IMG/VR virus record: IMGVR_UViG_2909979649_000004
Source: a virus
Taxonomy: Duplodnaviria > Caudoviricetes
Strand: one strand, 5' to 3'
DNA: 64,000 bases
Below, one piece after another: positions 28,413 through 36,647 of this stretch. Position 1 is the first letter of the stretch. The number at the start of each line of letters is the position of its first letter. Below the pieces are notes generated by a model. That model was given only the letters and a program-made list of their open reading frames with translations. It ran no database searches and was not told the origin of the DNA. A program made the translations under genes and the position numbers.

Positions 28413-28907
28413 ATGAGTGTTGACCAAAGCCCGTATGCAGTTCCTAATGCTAATCTAGTAGCTGATTCCTCGAAAGATAATGGTATTTCTCAGTTACCCC
28501 GTTTTAGTGCATGGGGAGTATTTTTTTTAACACTAATTACACTTGGAATTTATTACTATATCTGGATGTATAAAAGGACAAAGGTAATCAATACTGTTTG
28601 TAATAAAAAAATTCCAACTGGGTTAACAAATACAGCTATTTCGCTATATATAATAAATTTTCTGATGAATATTTATATAGGTGCTGTCGGAGAAGGAGTT
28701 GACAGCTCGGTAATCATGGTAGAAAACATAATTAGTATAGTCGCAGTAATTCTTTCAATTATTTGGCTGTATACAATTAGAAATAGATTGCATGTTATTG
28801 AGAATGTATCTAAAGACAGCAAGTTTTGGATAGGCGGTATATTAACCTTTTTCTTCTCCACTATTTATCTACAGTACAAGATTAACCAAATGATTGATGA
28901 AAAATAG
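28413..28907 (+). CDS. Membrane protein, DUF4234-like
   Basis: SPYAVP, LITLGIYYYIW, YLQYKIN; four hydrophobic segments. Confidence 0.75.
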   Translation: MSVDQSPYAVPNANLVADSSKDNGISQLPRFSAWGVFFLTLITLGIYYYIWMYKRTKVINTVCNKKIPTGLTNTAISLYIINFLMNIYIGAVGEGVDSSVIMVENIISIVAVILSIIWLYTIRNRLHVIENVSKDSKFWIGGILTFFFSTIYLQYKINQMIDEK

Positions 28908-28926
28908 TCTTAAAAATAGCTTCTTA

Positions 28927-28952
28927 ACCCAGCTAATTTTAGCTGGGTTTTA
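28927..28952 (+). terminator. Intrinsic terminator
   Basis: AACCCAGCTA/TAGCTGGGTT followed by T run. Confidence 0.7.
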
Positions 28953-28986
28953 TCTTTTGGTATTAGACAAGTTAATAAACGAGCAA

Positions 28987-29166
28987 CTAAAATAATTTTG
29001 CCGAAACATCTGCGAACCCTTGTTTTAACCTTTCCCCGCTTTGCTCAATAAACGCACCATAATGTCTGTTAAGCATCTCGATTCCTTTATGGCCTAATTG
29101 ACCTGCAAGCCAGAATAGGTTTTCATTTTGAGCAATCATCAGACAGGCAAAGCTGTGTCTAGCTTG
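28987..29166 (-). pseudogene. Orphan alternative 3' end of the integrase (60 codons)
   Basis: QARHSFACLMIAQ...LGHKG...RHYGAFIEQSGERLKQGFADVSAKLF*; 29030-29167 matches 30852-30989 at 129/138 nt. Confidence 0.9.
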
Positions 29167-29333
29167 GAAAAAAATTCGTTTAGATTTTATATCTAGAATA
29201 CCCAGTCAACTATATACTATAACAGTACGCTTTTATATAAAAAAGAGTTATATTTTAATATCTTTATAAGACATTATACATATGTCAGTATTGTAATCTT
29301 ATCATGGATTGATTAGATAAAAGGGAATTTTAT

Positions 29334-30392
29334 ATGTTAAATTGGCAATATCTAAAATTCAAAGATATTAATTTAGAGGATAGTTTTTTTGATTCTTTGA
29401 AAGAAGATTACAGCGAGTTTTCTGACTGGTTTGAGCGAAAATGTGAAAATAACGCTTATGTTTTTAAAAACGATAATAATGAAATTGATGGGTTTCTTTA
29501 TCATAAAATAGAGGAGGAGGCTGTTACAGATATAAGCCCTCCTTTGCCCCCTAAAAAAAGACTTAAAATCGGCACCTTTAAAGTTAATGCTCATGGTACG
29601 AGACTAGGCGAACGCTTTATAAAAAAATCGTTAGACTTTGCTCTGCTCGAAGGGGTTAGTGAAGTTTATGTAACTATTTTCCCTAAACACGAAGCTTTAA
29701 TTGATTCTTTTAAGAGATATGGTTTTCGAGAGGTTGCTGATAAAACGACTACTAATGGCGTCGAACTGGTTTTATTGAAACAAATGGGAGTGTATATAGG
29801 TGAAGTAAAGTCTGATTATCCTTATATAGATAACACTGGCAGGAAGTTTATTTTATCTTTGTACCCTGAATGGCATAGTAGGTTATTACCTGATTCAATA
29901 TTAAACACTGAAAGTAAAGATGCAGTTGTAAAAGATATATCACATACAAACAGTATTCATAAAGTTTACTTGACTGCTATGTCGGGTGTTGAAAGTTTGT
30001 GTAAAGGCGATATATTAGTAATTTATAGAACTTCTGATAAAAAAGGTCCTGCACACTATAGATCGGTTGCAACATCTATCTGTGTAGTTGAAGAAACTAA
30101 GGATATTAGTTGCTTTTCAACTTTAGATGAGTTTATTGGTTATACAGCGTCATATAGTATATTTAAAAAGAGAGAGTTAGAAGCGTTCTATTCAGAAAAG
30201 AAATACCCTACTATTATCAAGTTTTGCTATAATGTTGCATTAAGTAAAAGAGTTACTCGAGGTGAGATGATAGATGATTTGGGTATGAGTGCTAACCAAT
30301 ACTGGGGTTTCTTCGAGTTAACAGAAAGTCAGTTTGAAGGTATTATTAAAAAAGGCAAAGTAAATGAAAGTCTTATTATCAATAAAGCCTGA
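29334..30392 (+). CDS. GNAT acetyltransferase fused to a PUA/EVE-like domain
   Basis: LKIGTFKVNAHGTRLGERF acetyl-CoA loop, YGF motif; KVY...GDILVIYRT C-terminal domain. Confidence 0.8.
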   Translation: MLNWQYLKFKDINLEDSFFDSLKEDYSEFSDWFERKCENNAYVFKNDNNEIDGFLYHKIEEEAVTDISPPLPPKKRLKIGTFKVNAHGTRLGERFIKKSLDFALLEGVSEVYVTIFPKHEALIDSFKRYGFREVADKTTTNGVELVLLKQMGVYIGEVKSDYPYIDNTGRKFILSLYPEWHSRLLPDSILNTESKDAVVKDISHTNSIHKVYLTAMSGVESLCKGDILVIYRTSDKKGPAHYRSVATSICVVEETKDISCFSTLDEFIGYTASYSIFKKRELEAFYSEKKYPTIIKFCYNVALSKRVTRGEMIDDLGMSANQYWGFFELTESQFEGIIKKGKVNESLIINKA

Positions 30393-30738
30393 ATATGCAG
30401 AAAAAATACTTTCTGGAATTAAAAAGTATGAATTTAGAAAGTCTATATTTAAAGACCAAAGGGTTACAACAGTAGTTATATATGCAACAAAACCAGTTGG
30501 GAAAATTATTGGCGAGTTTGAAATAGATGATATATTACAAGATAAACCGACTTTAATATGGAGGAAAACTAAGAGGTATTCAGGTATAAGTAAGGAGTTT
30601 TTTGAGAAGTATTTTAATGGAAGAAATAAGGCTTTTGCTATAAAAGTTAAAAATCCATCAGCTTATAATGTACCTTATGAACTAACGAAGCTGATTCCGC
30701 ACGGTGTTCCACCGCAATCATTTTGCTATCTTCGCTAA
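30364..30738 (+). CDS. ASCH domain protein
   Basis: LLSIKPEYAEKILSGIKKYEFRK (GxKxxExR), PPQSFCY. Confidence 0.9.
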   Translation: MKVLLSIKPEYAEKILSGIKKYEFRKSIFKDQRVTTVVIYATKPVGKIIGEFEIDDILQDKPTLIWRKTKRYSGISKEFFEKYFNGRNKAFAIKVKNPSAYNVPYELTKLIPHGVPPQSFCYLR

Positions 30739-30802
30739 AAATTTTATTTGTATCATGCTATTACTAATAGTATCTGCATGATACATGCTCTAAAAAGTCC
30801 AC

Positions 30803-32056
30803 TTAGAAAATTTTTTTTGCAACATTAGAATAGTTTTGTTTTGGTTGATATCTTTCCCCGCTTTGCTCAATAAATGCACCATAATGTCTGTTAAGCATCT
30901 CGATTCCTTTATGGCCTAATTGACCTGCAAGCCAGAACAGGTTTTCATTTTGAGCAATCATAAGACAAGCGAAGCTATGCCTTGTTTGGTATGGGTTTCT
31001 ATATCGTATCCCTGACCTCTTGATTGCTGGCATCCAGCCAGTCATTCTTAGCTGTTTATCGTTTGTCCATGGCTTATTTTGGGTAGGGTGGTGGAATACA
31101 TAGGCATCTTGGTTAAGCGTATAGTTAGCTTGATCTTCCAAGGCTTTGACCACAGGCTCTAACATGATCACCTTGCGGATACCTTTCTTGCCAGTTTTGG
31201 TGCCTTTCATAACACCATCAACTTTAGCCTGGTCTACCAAGATATAGCCTTCTCTGAAGTTTATCTTTTCCCAAGTAAGCCCAATCAATTCGCTCGTGCG
31301 CATGCCAGTAAAAAAGGCTGTTGTAAAAATGTTTCGAACCTGGCCATCCATATGAGATAAGATTTGTTCAATTTCCTGTATATTGAAAGGGTCGCATTCA
31401 TACTCACTTTCTTTGGCTTCCTTGACAATCTCCTGGTCAATATCAATGTCATCAAGAGGGCTGCGCAGTATGACTTTATCTGCTACAGCTTGCTTTAGTA
31501 TCTGCTTAAGGGGGATTAGGTTGTTAACAATAGTTTTGCGCTTACACGACAAGCTTTTGTTATACATCCACTCCCGTATGTGTTTTGGCTTTAGCTCCTG
31601 AACGGGAGTATCACGGAAGTAGGGCATCAGTTGACCCGTAATAGCTTTTTTGTAATTTCTGGCTGTACTTCTTTCCTTAAGCTTGTCAACTTTTTGCAAG
31701 TACTCTTCCAGCAAGTCTCCTACAGTAACACTGTCATGGTATGTTTCACCGAACAGGGTGCATCGCTTTGATTCAGGAAAGTGGTTGGAGTACTTAAATG
31801 TTCGACGCTGAATTTCGTATATGATTGACCCACGTTTACTGTCGGCATAAACAATGTCTTTCTTGATATCATTGGTAAAGTGCTTCTTGTGGGTAGGTGT
31901 TTCTAACTTAGGTATTTTTCTGCATGTAATCGTTTCGCGGCATTTGACTCCTTTGTAAGAAAAGTAAATTCTGCAGCTCACGGTAGACTTAAGTACTCGA
32001 AGCTCCAGGCCAGCAGGAACTTCGATATTTTTAATGATTTCGTCAATTTCACTCAT
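30803..32056 (-). CDS. int: Tyrosine integrase with arm-binding domain
   Basis: TGMRTSELIGL, YQTRHSFA, LGH, HY catalytic motifs. Confidence 0.95.
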   Translation of the reverse strand: MSEIDEIIKNIEVPAGLELRVLKSTVSCRIYFSYKGVKCRETITCRKIPKLETPTHKKHFTNDIKKDIVYADSKRGSIIYEIQRRTFKYSNHFPESKRCTLFGETYHDSVTVGDLLEEYLQKVDKLKERSTARNYKKAITGQLMPYFRDTPVQELKPKHIREWMYNKSLSCKRKTIVNNLIPLKQILKQAVADKVILRSPLDDIDIDQEIVKEAKESEYECDPFNIQEIEQILSHMDGQVRNIFTTAFFTGMRTSELIGLTWEKINFREGYILVDQAKVDGVMKGTKTGKKGIRKVIMLEPVVKALEDQANYTLNQDAYVFHHPTQNKPWTNDKQLRMTGWMPAIKRSGIRYRNPYQTRHSFACLMIAQNENLFWLAGQLGHKGIEMLNRHYGAFIEQSGERYQPKQNYSNVAKKIF

Positions 32057-32062
32057 GGTGGT

Positions 32063-32449
32063 TTATCTATATGTATAAGTACTTTTTGCAGCAAAGTTAT
32101 TCACTTCTTTGAGGTTAACCCAGATAACACCATCTGCTGCTTTCCGATATTCACAACCTTCTTTCCATATGCCCCTACTTTTTTTATGGTAGAAGGCATT
32201 TGCAGTATCACCTGATAATTCATAATATTTTTTTAGTTTAACCCACTGTAACATGTCTTGATCTAGCCCCTGTATTTCGTGGTCAGTATGTTCGTAAAGG
32301 TAAGCGAAATTTACCCAAAAATTACCATCTGCTGCTTTTCGATATTCTCGCCCTTCCAACCATTCTCCTTTGTTTCTTCGTTGGTTAAACTCAATAACGC
32401 TTACATTGAATAATTGCCGATATTTAGTAGCCCTTATCCACTTAAGCAC
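32063..32449 (-). CDS. Excisionase-like protein with two repeated domains
   Basis: Two copies of W..GxWxEGxEYRKAADGxxWVN; directly upstream of int. Confidence 0.75.
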   Translation of the reverse strand: MLKWIRATKYRQLFNVSVIEFNQRRNKGEWLEGREYRKAADGNFWVNFAYLYEHTDHEIQGLDQDMLQWVKLKKYYELSGDTANAFYHKKSRGIWKEGCEYRKAADGVIWVNLKEVNNFAAKSTYTYR

Positions 32450-32459
32450 GATATTCTCC

Positions 32460-32795
32460 TTAACTCATTACTCCAATAAATGGCTGATTGGTTTTAGTGT
32501 TTCGACAAAAGCCTGTTTCAATTTCATCACGTTCGACTTTTATGTGTTTAGGTGCACTAACACTTAGCTTTGCCTGCCCTATTGACTTAGATAAACTCTC
32601 CCTATTGCTAGGGTAGGGGTAAACAGTTATCTCGTGATTCAACTTAAGGGGGTGGCCAAACTCAATGTCTTTAATACTTATATGACCTCGATGCAAGGTA
32701 GTGAGCGTTACTCCGCCCACTCTTCTCGCTCGCATTACCAGCCGGTAATCCCCAACCTTCAGGGATTCACCGATACGACGTGTTACAGTCAACAT
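32460..32795 (-). CDS. CsrA-like protein, about twice the normal length
   Basis: MLTVTRRIGESLKVGD and QAKLSVSAPKHIKVERDEI match the CsrA N- and C-terminal motifs. Confidence 0.75.
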   Translation of the reverse strand: MLTVTRRIGESLKVGDYRLVMRARRVGGVTLTTLHRGHISIKDIEFGHPLKLNHEITVYPYPSNRESLSKSIGQAKLSVSAPKHIKVERDEIETGFCRNTKTNQPFIGVMS

Positions 32796-32797
32796 AA

Positions 32798-33199
32798 TTA
32801 AACAGCTCCTAAATAGTGCGTGTACATTACCCCTCGGAAATTTTTAGGGGGTGAGATTCCAGCTTTTCTGCAATCACTTTTTATACTTCTTATCTGGTCG
32901 TGAGTAAGCCAAATAAAGTGTGGCTTACGACCTTTATTCGCCTCAAAAACTTGAATGTATTGGTAAATTTTATTAACTAGCTTTTGGTTATCTTTACTCA
33001 ATTTTTCAGCATCAAAGTCATTATTTTTTAATTTATTTGAGGCAACCATTTTAGCTATTGCCTGGTTAGCGATACCTGCAGACTGATCAAGAATAAACTC
33101 AGTGACGCCTATTTCATTACTATTAGCATCAATACGACGATAATTAAACACCCTGGTGCGTGGTTTCCATGGTTGTAAGTCCAGTTCGTTATTGATCAT
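32798..33199 (-). CDS. Hypothetical early protein
   Basis: ORF in the leftward early operon; C-terminal half resembles the next ORF. Confidence 0.7.
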   Translation of the reverse strand: MINNELDLQPWKPRTRVFNYRRIDANSNEIGVTEFILDQSAGIANQAIAKMVASNKLKNNDFDAEKLSKDNQKLVNKIYQYIQVFEANKGRKPHFIWLTHDQIRSIKSDCRKAGISPPKNFRGVMYTHYLGAV

Positions 33200-33216
33200 G
33201 GTTATCGGCGTCTTCC

Positions 33217-33432
33217 TTAGTTTAAGGGTATAAGCCGCACGCCATTAATGGTATACGGCGGCTTGCAATTGTATTTAATTAAGTTCGTTTTAAAGGCTTC
33301 CAACTGCTCTTTAGTAATATGTAATTGTCTTGGTTTTCTATTTTTAGCGAGGGTGTAATACTCAATATATTGTTTGGCTTTCTCGTATATCTTTAAATTC
33401 TTTTTAGTTAACTCCATTCGATTGATTTCCAT
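33217..33432 (-). CDS. Hypothetical early protein
   Basis: GGAG SD; similar to the C-terminus of 32798-33199. Confidence 0.7.
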   Translation of the reverse strand: MEINRMELTKKNLKIYEKAKQYIEYYTLAKNRKPRQLHITKEQLEAFKTNLIKYNCKPPYTINGVRLIPLN

Positions 33433-33461
33433 GTCAATTTCTCCATAATAGATAGTATTAG

Positions 33462-33956
33462 CTACTTAATGAGGTCAACTGGCATAAATATTTCGTCAAT
33501 TCTTGGTTTTTCTAAAAAGCTTTCTTTGATAGTAAATCGATAGCCTTCCCCTAATGTTCTAAATAAGCCATAAGACTTCCAGTCACACGCTTTACCTTCT
33601 TTTGACTTCACACCAGAATTACACTCATAAGGATTAGTTGAAATACCATTGCATGCAGGGCACTTGAAAGCGACTGTTTTTATTGCAGCTTTCAAGTCTT
33701 CTAGTGTTTCATATACATCAACACCTTCTAGACTGGGAAAGTTTGACTCTTGATAATAGTTAATGGCTGAATAATTTCTGGTTTTTTCGATAGCAGAGAT
33801 AATTTCGTACTCGGAGTAGCCAAGTTTTTCTGAGTATTCGGTAAGCATTTTATTCAAAAAGGACTCAAGTTTAACTGCTCTGTCTTCACCGACTTTTCCT
33901 TCCCAACTACCTCTAGCCTTCTCTTTAAGTTCATTGATGATGGTTTGGGTATTCAT
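33462..33956 (-). CDS. Hypothetical protein with putative zinc site
   Basis: CPAC...YEC...CDWKSYGLF; AAGGAG SD. Confidence 0.75.
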   Translation of the reverse strand: MNTQTIINELKEKARGSWEGKVGEDRAVKLESFLNKMLTEYSEKLGYSEYEIISAIEKTRNYSAINYYQESNFPSLEGVDVYETLEDLKAAIKTVAFKCPACNGISTNPYECNSGVKSKEGKACDWKSYGLFRTLGEGYRFTIKESFLEKPRIDEIFMPVDLIK

Positions 33957-34032
33957 TAATTATCTCCTTTCTTCAGGCAATAAGGTGCCGTGGCTCAAAA
34001 TTGAGCGTTTAAAAAACTATTGCTTAATTAAT

Positions 34033-34239
34033 TTAAAAACTTGCTGGTTCTACAAATAACTTATGCCGGGTTTTATCAAGCACATATCGCATACGACAAC
34101 GCAGACGGTTATGAGTGGCCAAATCAGCTTGATATTTTTCGGTTATTTTATCCCATAGTAAGTCGGCTTCTGTTTTTCTCCTCCTTAGCTGTTGATTATT
34201 AATTATTTCGTTTTGAGGTAATCGAGTAGCCATAGTCAT
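34033..34239 (-). CDS. Hypothetical early protein
   Basis: Overlaps the stop of the rdgC-like gene. Confidence 0.55.
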   Translation of the reverse strand: MTMATRLPQNEIINNQQLRRRKTEADLLWDKITEKYQADLATHNRLRCRMRYVLDKTRHKLFVEPASF

Positions 34240-34742
34240 GCGGCTACCGTATTTGCTAGCGTCATGGATGTTTTCCCTCTACCAACCATTTGAATAAATA
34301 ATTGTAGAAATAACTTATTTACATCGATATCTTGGTTGTTAACAACTAAGCAGCCTCGCTCCGTATCAATATAAACCTCAACGACTGTAGTTATTTTGGG
34401 TGCCCGAGGAATCAGCCCGGTTCTAATTTCTTTCCATACACATTCAATTTGCTGTTTAGTCAAACGTTCTCCCGTAAGGTCTTTATGGTCTTCAACAGCT
34501 TCAATGACACGCTGTCTTAAAACCGTAGGTGATAATACCTTTTTCTCTAATTTAACTTTGAATACGGCTAATTTTTTTCGTGTCTCCAGATAACTACCTT
34601 TTTTAACCGGTACAAAACCATAACTTAATTCTTGATATTTACTACAAGGGGTAAACTCCGCATCTCTAACCCCACCTAATAACCGCTCAACAACATAATC
34701 AGCATTAGCATTTAGCTGATATACATTTGCGTTTTCATACAT
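34236..34742 (-). CDS. RdgC-like protein (N-terminal half only)
   Basis: FTPC, GFVP, EKKVL, LIPRA, YID...LVVN motifs; 168 aa. Confidence 0.75.
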   Translation of the reverse strand: MYENANVYQLNANADYVVERLLGGVRDAEFTPCSKYQELSYGFVPVKKGSYLETRKKLAVFKVKLEKKVLSPTVLRQRVIEAVEDHKDLTGERLTKQQIECVWKEIRTGLIPRAPKITTVVEVYIDTERGCLVVNNQDIDVNKLFLQLFIQMVGRGKTSMTLANTVAA

Positions 34743-35152
34743 AGCTCGTCTCCTTTTGAGTTATCTAATGGCAAATACTCCAGCCGTCTTCCCGTCCGTT
34801 GTACTATGCGGACTTGCCTGGGTTTATCAGGGTTATCATTCATCACCATCGGCACACTATTAACGAGAAATGCAGCTAATAACATCATCACCACTGGCGA
34901 AACATTAAGGGTGACGATCTTCAGCCGTATTAACTCGGCCACTAAATGCGCTCGATTAGCAGTTTTAAGCTTGTAATGTACGTTTTTTATTCTGCTGCTC
35001 ACTGAGTTGGGTTCTACACCCTGCTCACGAGCAATGACTTTATCAGTCTTGCCGGATAGTAAACCTAAGCAGTATTCAGTCTCACGTGGGGCTAAATATG
35101 GGTTGTCCAAGTGAGCTTGCCAGTGTCCATCTGTAGTTATTGTGCTGTCCAT
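34712..35152 (-). CDS. LuxR-type HTH regulator
   Basis: LAPRE...GKTDKVIA...VHYKLKTANRAHLV. Confidence 0.85.
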   Translation of the reverse strand: MDSTITTDGHWQAHLDNPYLAPRETEYCLGLLSGKTDKVIAREQGVEPNSVSSRIKNVHYKLKTANRAHLVAELIRLKIVTLNVSPVVMMLLAAFLVNSVPMVMNDNPDKPRQVRIVQRTGRRLEYLPLDNSKGDELCMKTQMYIS

Positions 35153-35319
35153 AGCGTTGTAATCAGAAATAAAATATGAGTCCTTAAGTAAATTTTGAAT
35201 TCATATTTATATTTGTATATGGTTGCAAGGAAGTATAGTTGTATATATCTATTAGAGGGTTGACTACTAATAGGTATTAGCTATTTTCTGGGTGGGAGAC
35301 TGGGGCGGATACAGGTGGG

Positions 35320-35988
35320 CTATTTGGCTTTTTCTCTTCGCTCAATAACATCAAGCAATGAGTTGATCATTTGAAGGTCGTACTGGCTTAGCTTATGTTC
35401 TAGCGCTAATTGTGTGACTCTTATAGAGGTTTTACTTGCTCCTTCAACCACTTTATTTCGTGAGCTGCTTTCACTATCGGGTTTAGTAGTTGGTTGGTCA
35501 TCATCGGCATCATCTAGCCATTCTTTTGTAACGATACCTTCATCTGATTTAAGCCACCCATAAGGGCAATCTAAAACTTCACTTAATCGTTTAACTACAA
35601 GTTTTTTTGGTTTGTTACGCCCTGACTCCCAAGCTGCAAATGTCGGGGTTGAAACGCCTAATTTTTCTGCAATCTCTTTCTGAGTTAGGTTGCGATACTT
35701 GCGGACAGCCTTCAGTCGGTCTTTGAAGTCACTATTCTTATCAAACCCTGTCTCAAGCCAATCATCAGTTATGTATGTTTCATCAGAAGCAAGCCATTCT
35801 ATGGGTATGTCAAATATATTTGACATCTCTCTAAGCACTATCTGTGATGGGCTTGTTCTTCCTGTCTCCCAAGCACCTACAGCAGACTTAGTCACACCTA
35901 GCTTGTCAGCAAGCTCCTGTTGTGACAGGTGTGTAGCCTGTCTTGATACTCTGAGTCTATCTTTTAGCTCGCTATTTTTAGTATTCAT
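35320..35988 (-). CDS. Prophage repressor with two tandem XRE HTH domains
   Basis: LSQQELADKLGVTKSAVGAWETG and LTQKEIAEKLGVSTPTFAAWESG; CI position; no S24 peptidase motifs seen; start chosen at MNTKN. Confidence 0.8.
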   Translation of the reverse strand: MNTKNSELKDRLRVSRQATHLSQQELADKLGVTKSAVGAWETGRTSPSQIVLREMSNIFDIPIEWLASDETYITDDWLETGFDKNSDFKDRLKAVRKYRNLTQKEIAEKLGVSTPTFAAWESGRNKPKKLVVKRLSEVLDCPYGWLKSDEGIVTKEWLDDADDDQPTTKPDSESSSRNKVVEGASKTSIRVTQLALEHKLSQYDLQMINSLLDVIERREKAK

Positions 35989-36040
35989 TCTTGCATATAA
36001 AAATTTTAATGAAAAATAGTAACCAAAATCGTTGCCTGTA

Positions 36041-36069
36041 TTGACAACAAAGTATTCAGTTAATAATAT
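36041..36069 (+). promoter_or_regulatory. Strong sigma70 promoter, PR-like
   Basis: TTGACA-17-TAATAT, divergent from the repressor. Confidence 0.75.
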
Positions 36070-36328
36070 TCTAGACATATAAAAAAAGCCGGACCTCCTT
36101 CACAGGAAGCCCGGCCTCATAATAAACCCTTATCAACACTAACACTAGTGCTTGAGAGGCACCCTTACGCCAAAGTTTGGGGGTGAGTGTTAAAGGAGAC
36201 GGGAACACCCGGCTCTCGTCGTTCTAGCGCTCATGTTGTGTAAAAACTATACCGAGTTTCTGTTTAGCTGTCATTGAAACTAACAAGTATGTCTACTTAT
36301 ACAGTATCCAATATAAAGGAGAGCTGAT

Positions 36329-36379
36329 ATGGAAGTAGTAAAACCACGATGCATTAATCCAAAGTCCCAGTCTGGGTAA
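36329..36379 (+). CDS. Candidate 16-aa peptide MEVVKPRCINPKSQSG
   Basis: AAGGAG SD upstream of ATG; no other support. Confidence 0.3.
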   Translation: MEVVKPRCINPKSQSG

Positions 36380-36528
36380 CTTAACCGTTATCAATTATTG
36401 GGTTTAACGCTCAATAAACTTAATTAAAACCTAATTTAGTGGCTAGCAAATCAATTGTTTTTGCTGGCAGGGTCTTTTTACGCGCTGATTTTCTTAGCTG
36501 TAGATTGGCGGGGATAAATTTCAGGCAT

Positions 36529-36568
36529 AAAAAAACTGCTTTACCCGTCAAAGCGAAGCAGTTTTTTT
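36529..36568. terminator. Bidirectional terminator before the replication genes
   Basis: AAAAAAACTGCTT/AAGCAGTTTTTTT. Confidence 0.7.
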
Positions 36569-36647
36569 AACAACAAAAGGATGTAGATATTATGCAGAAA
36601 ACTGCCGAAAAAATCAACACCAATGCAGTAATTCAGGAGGGGTGTTT

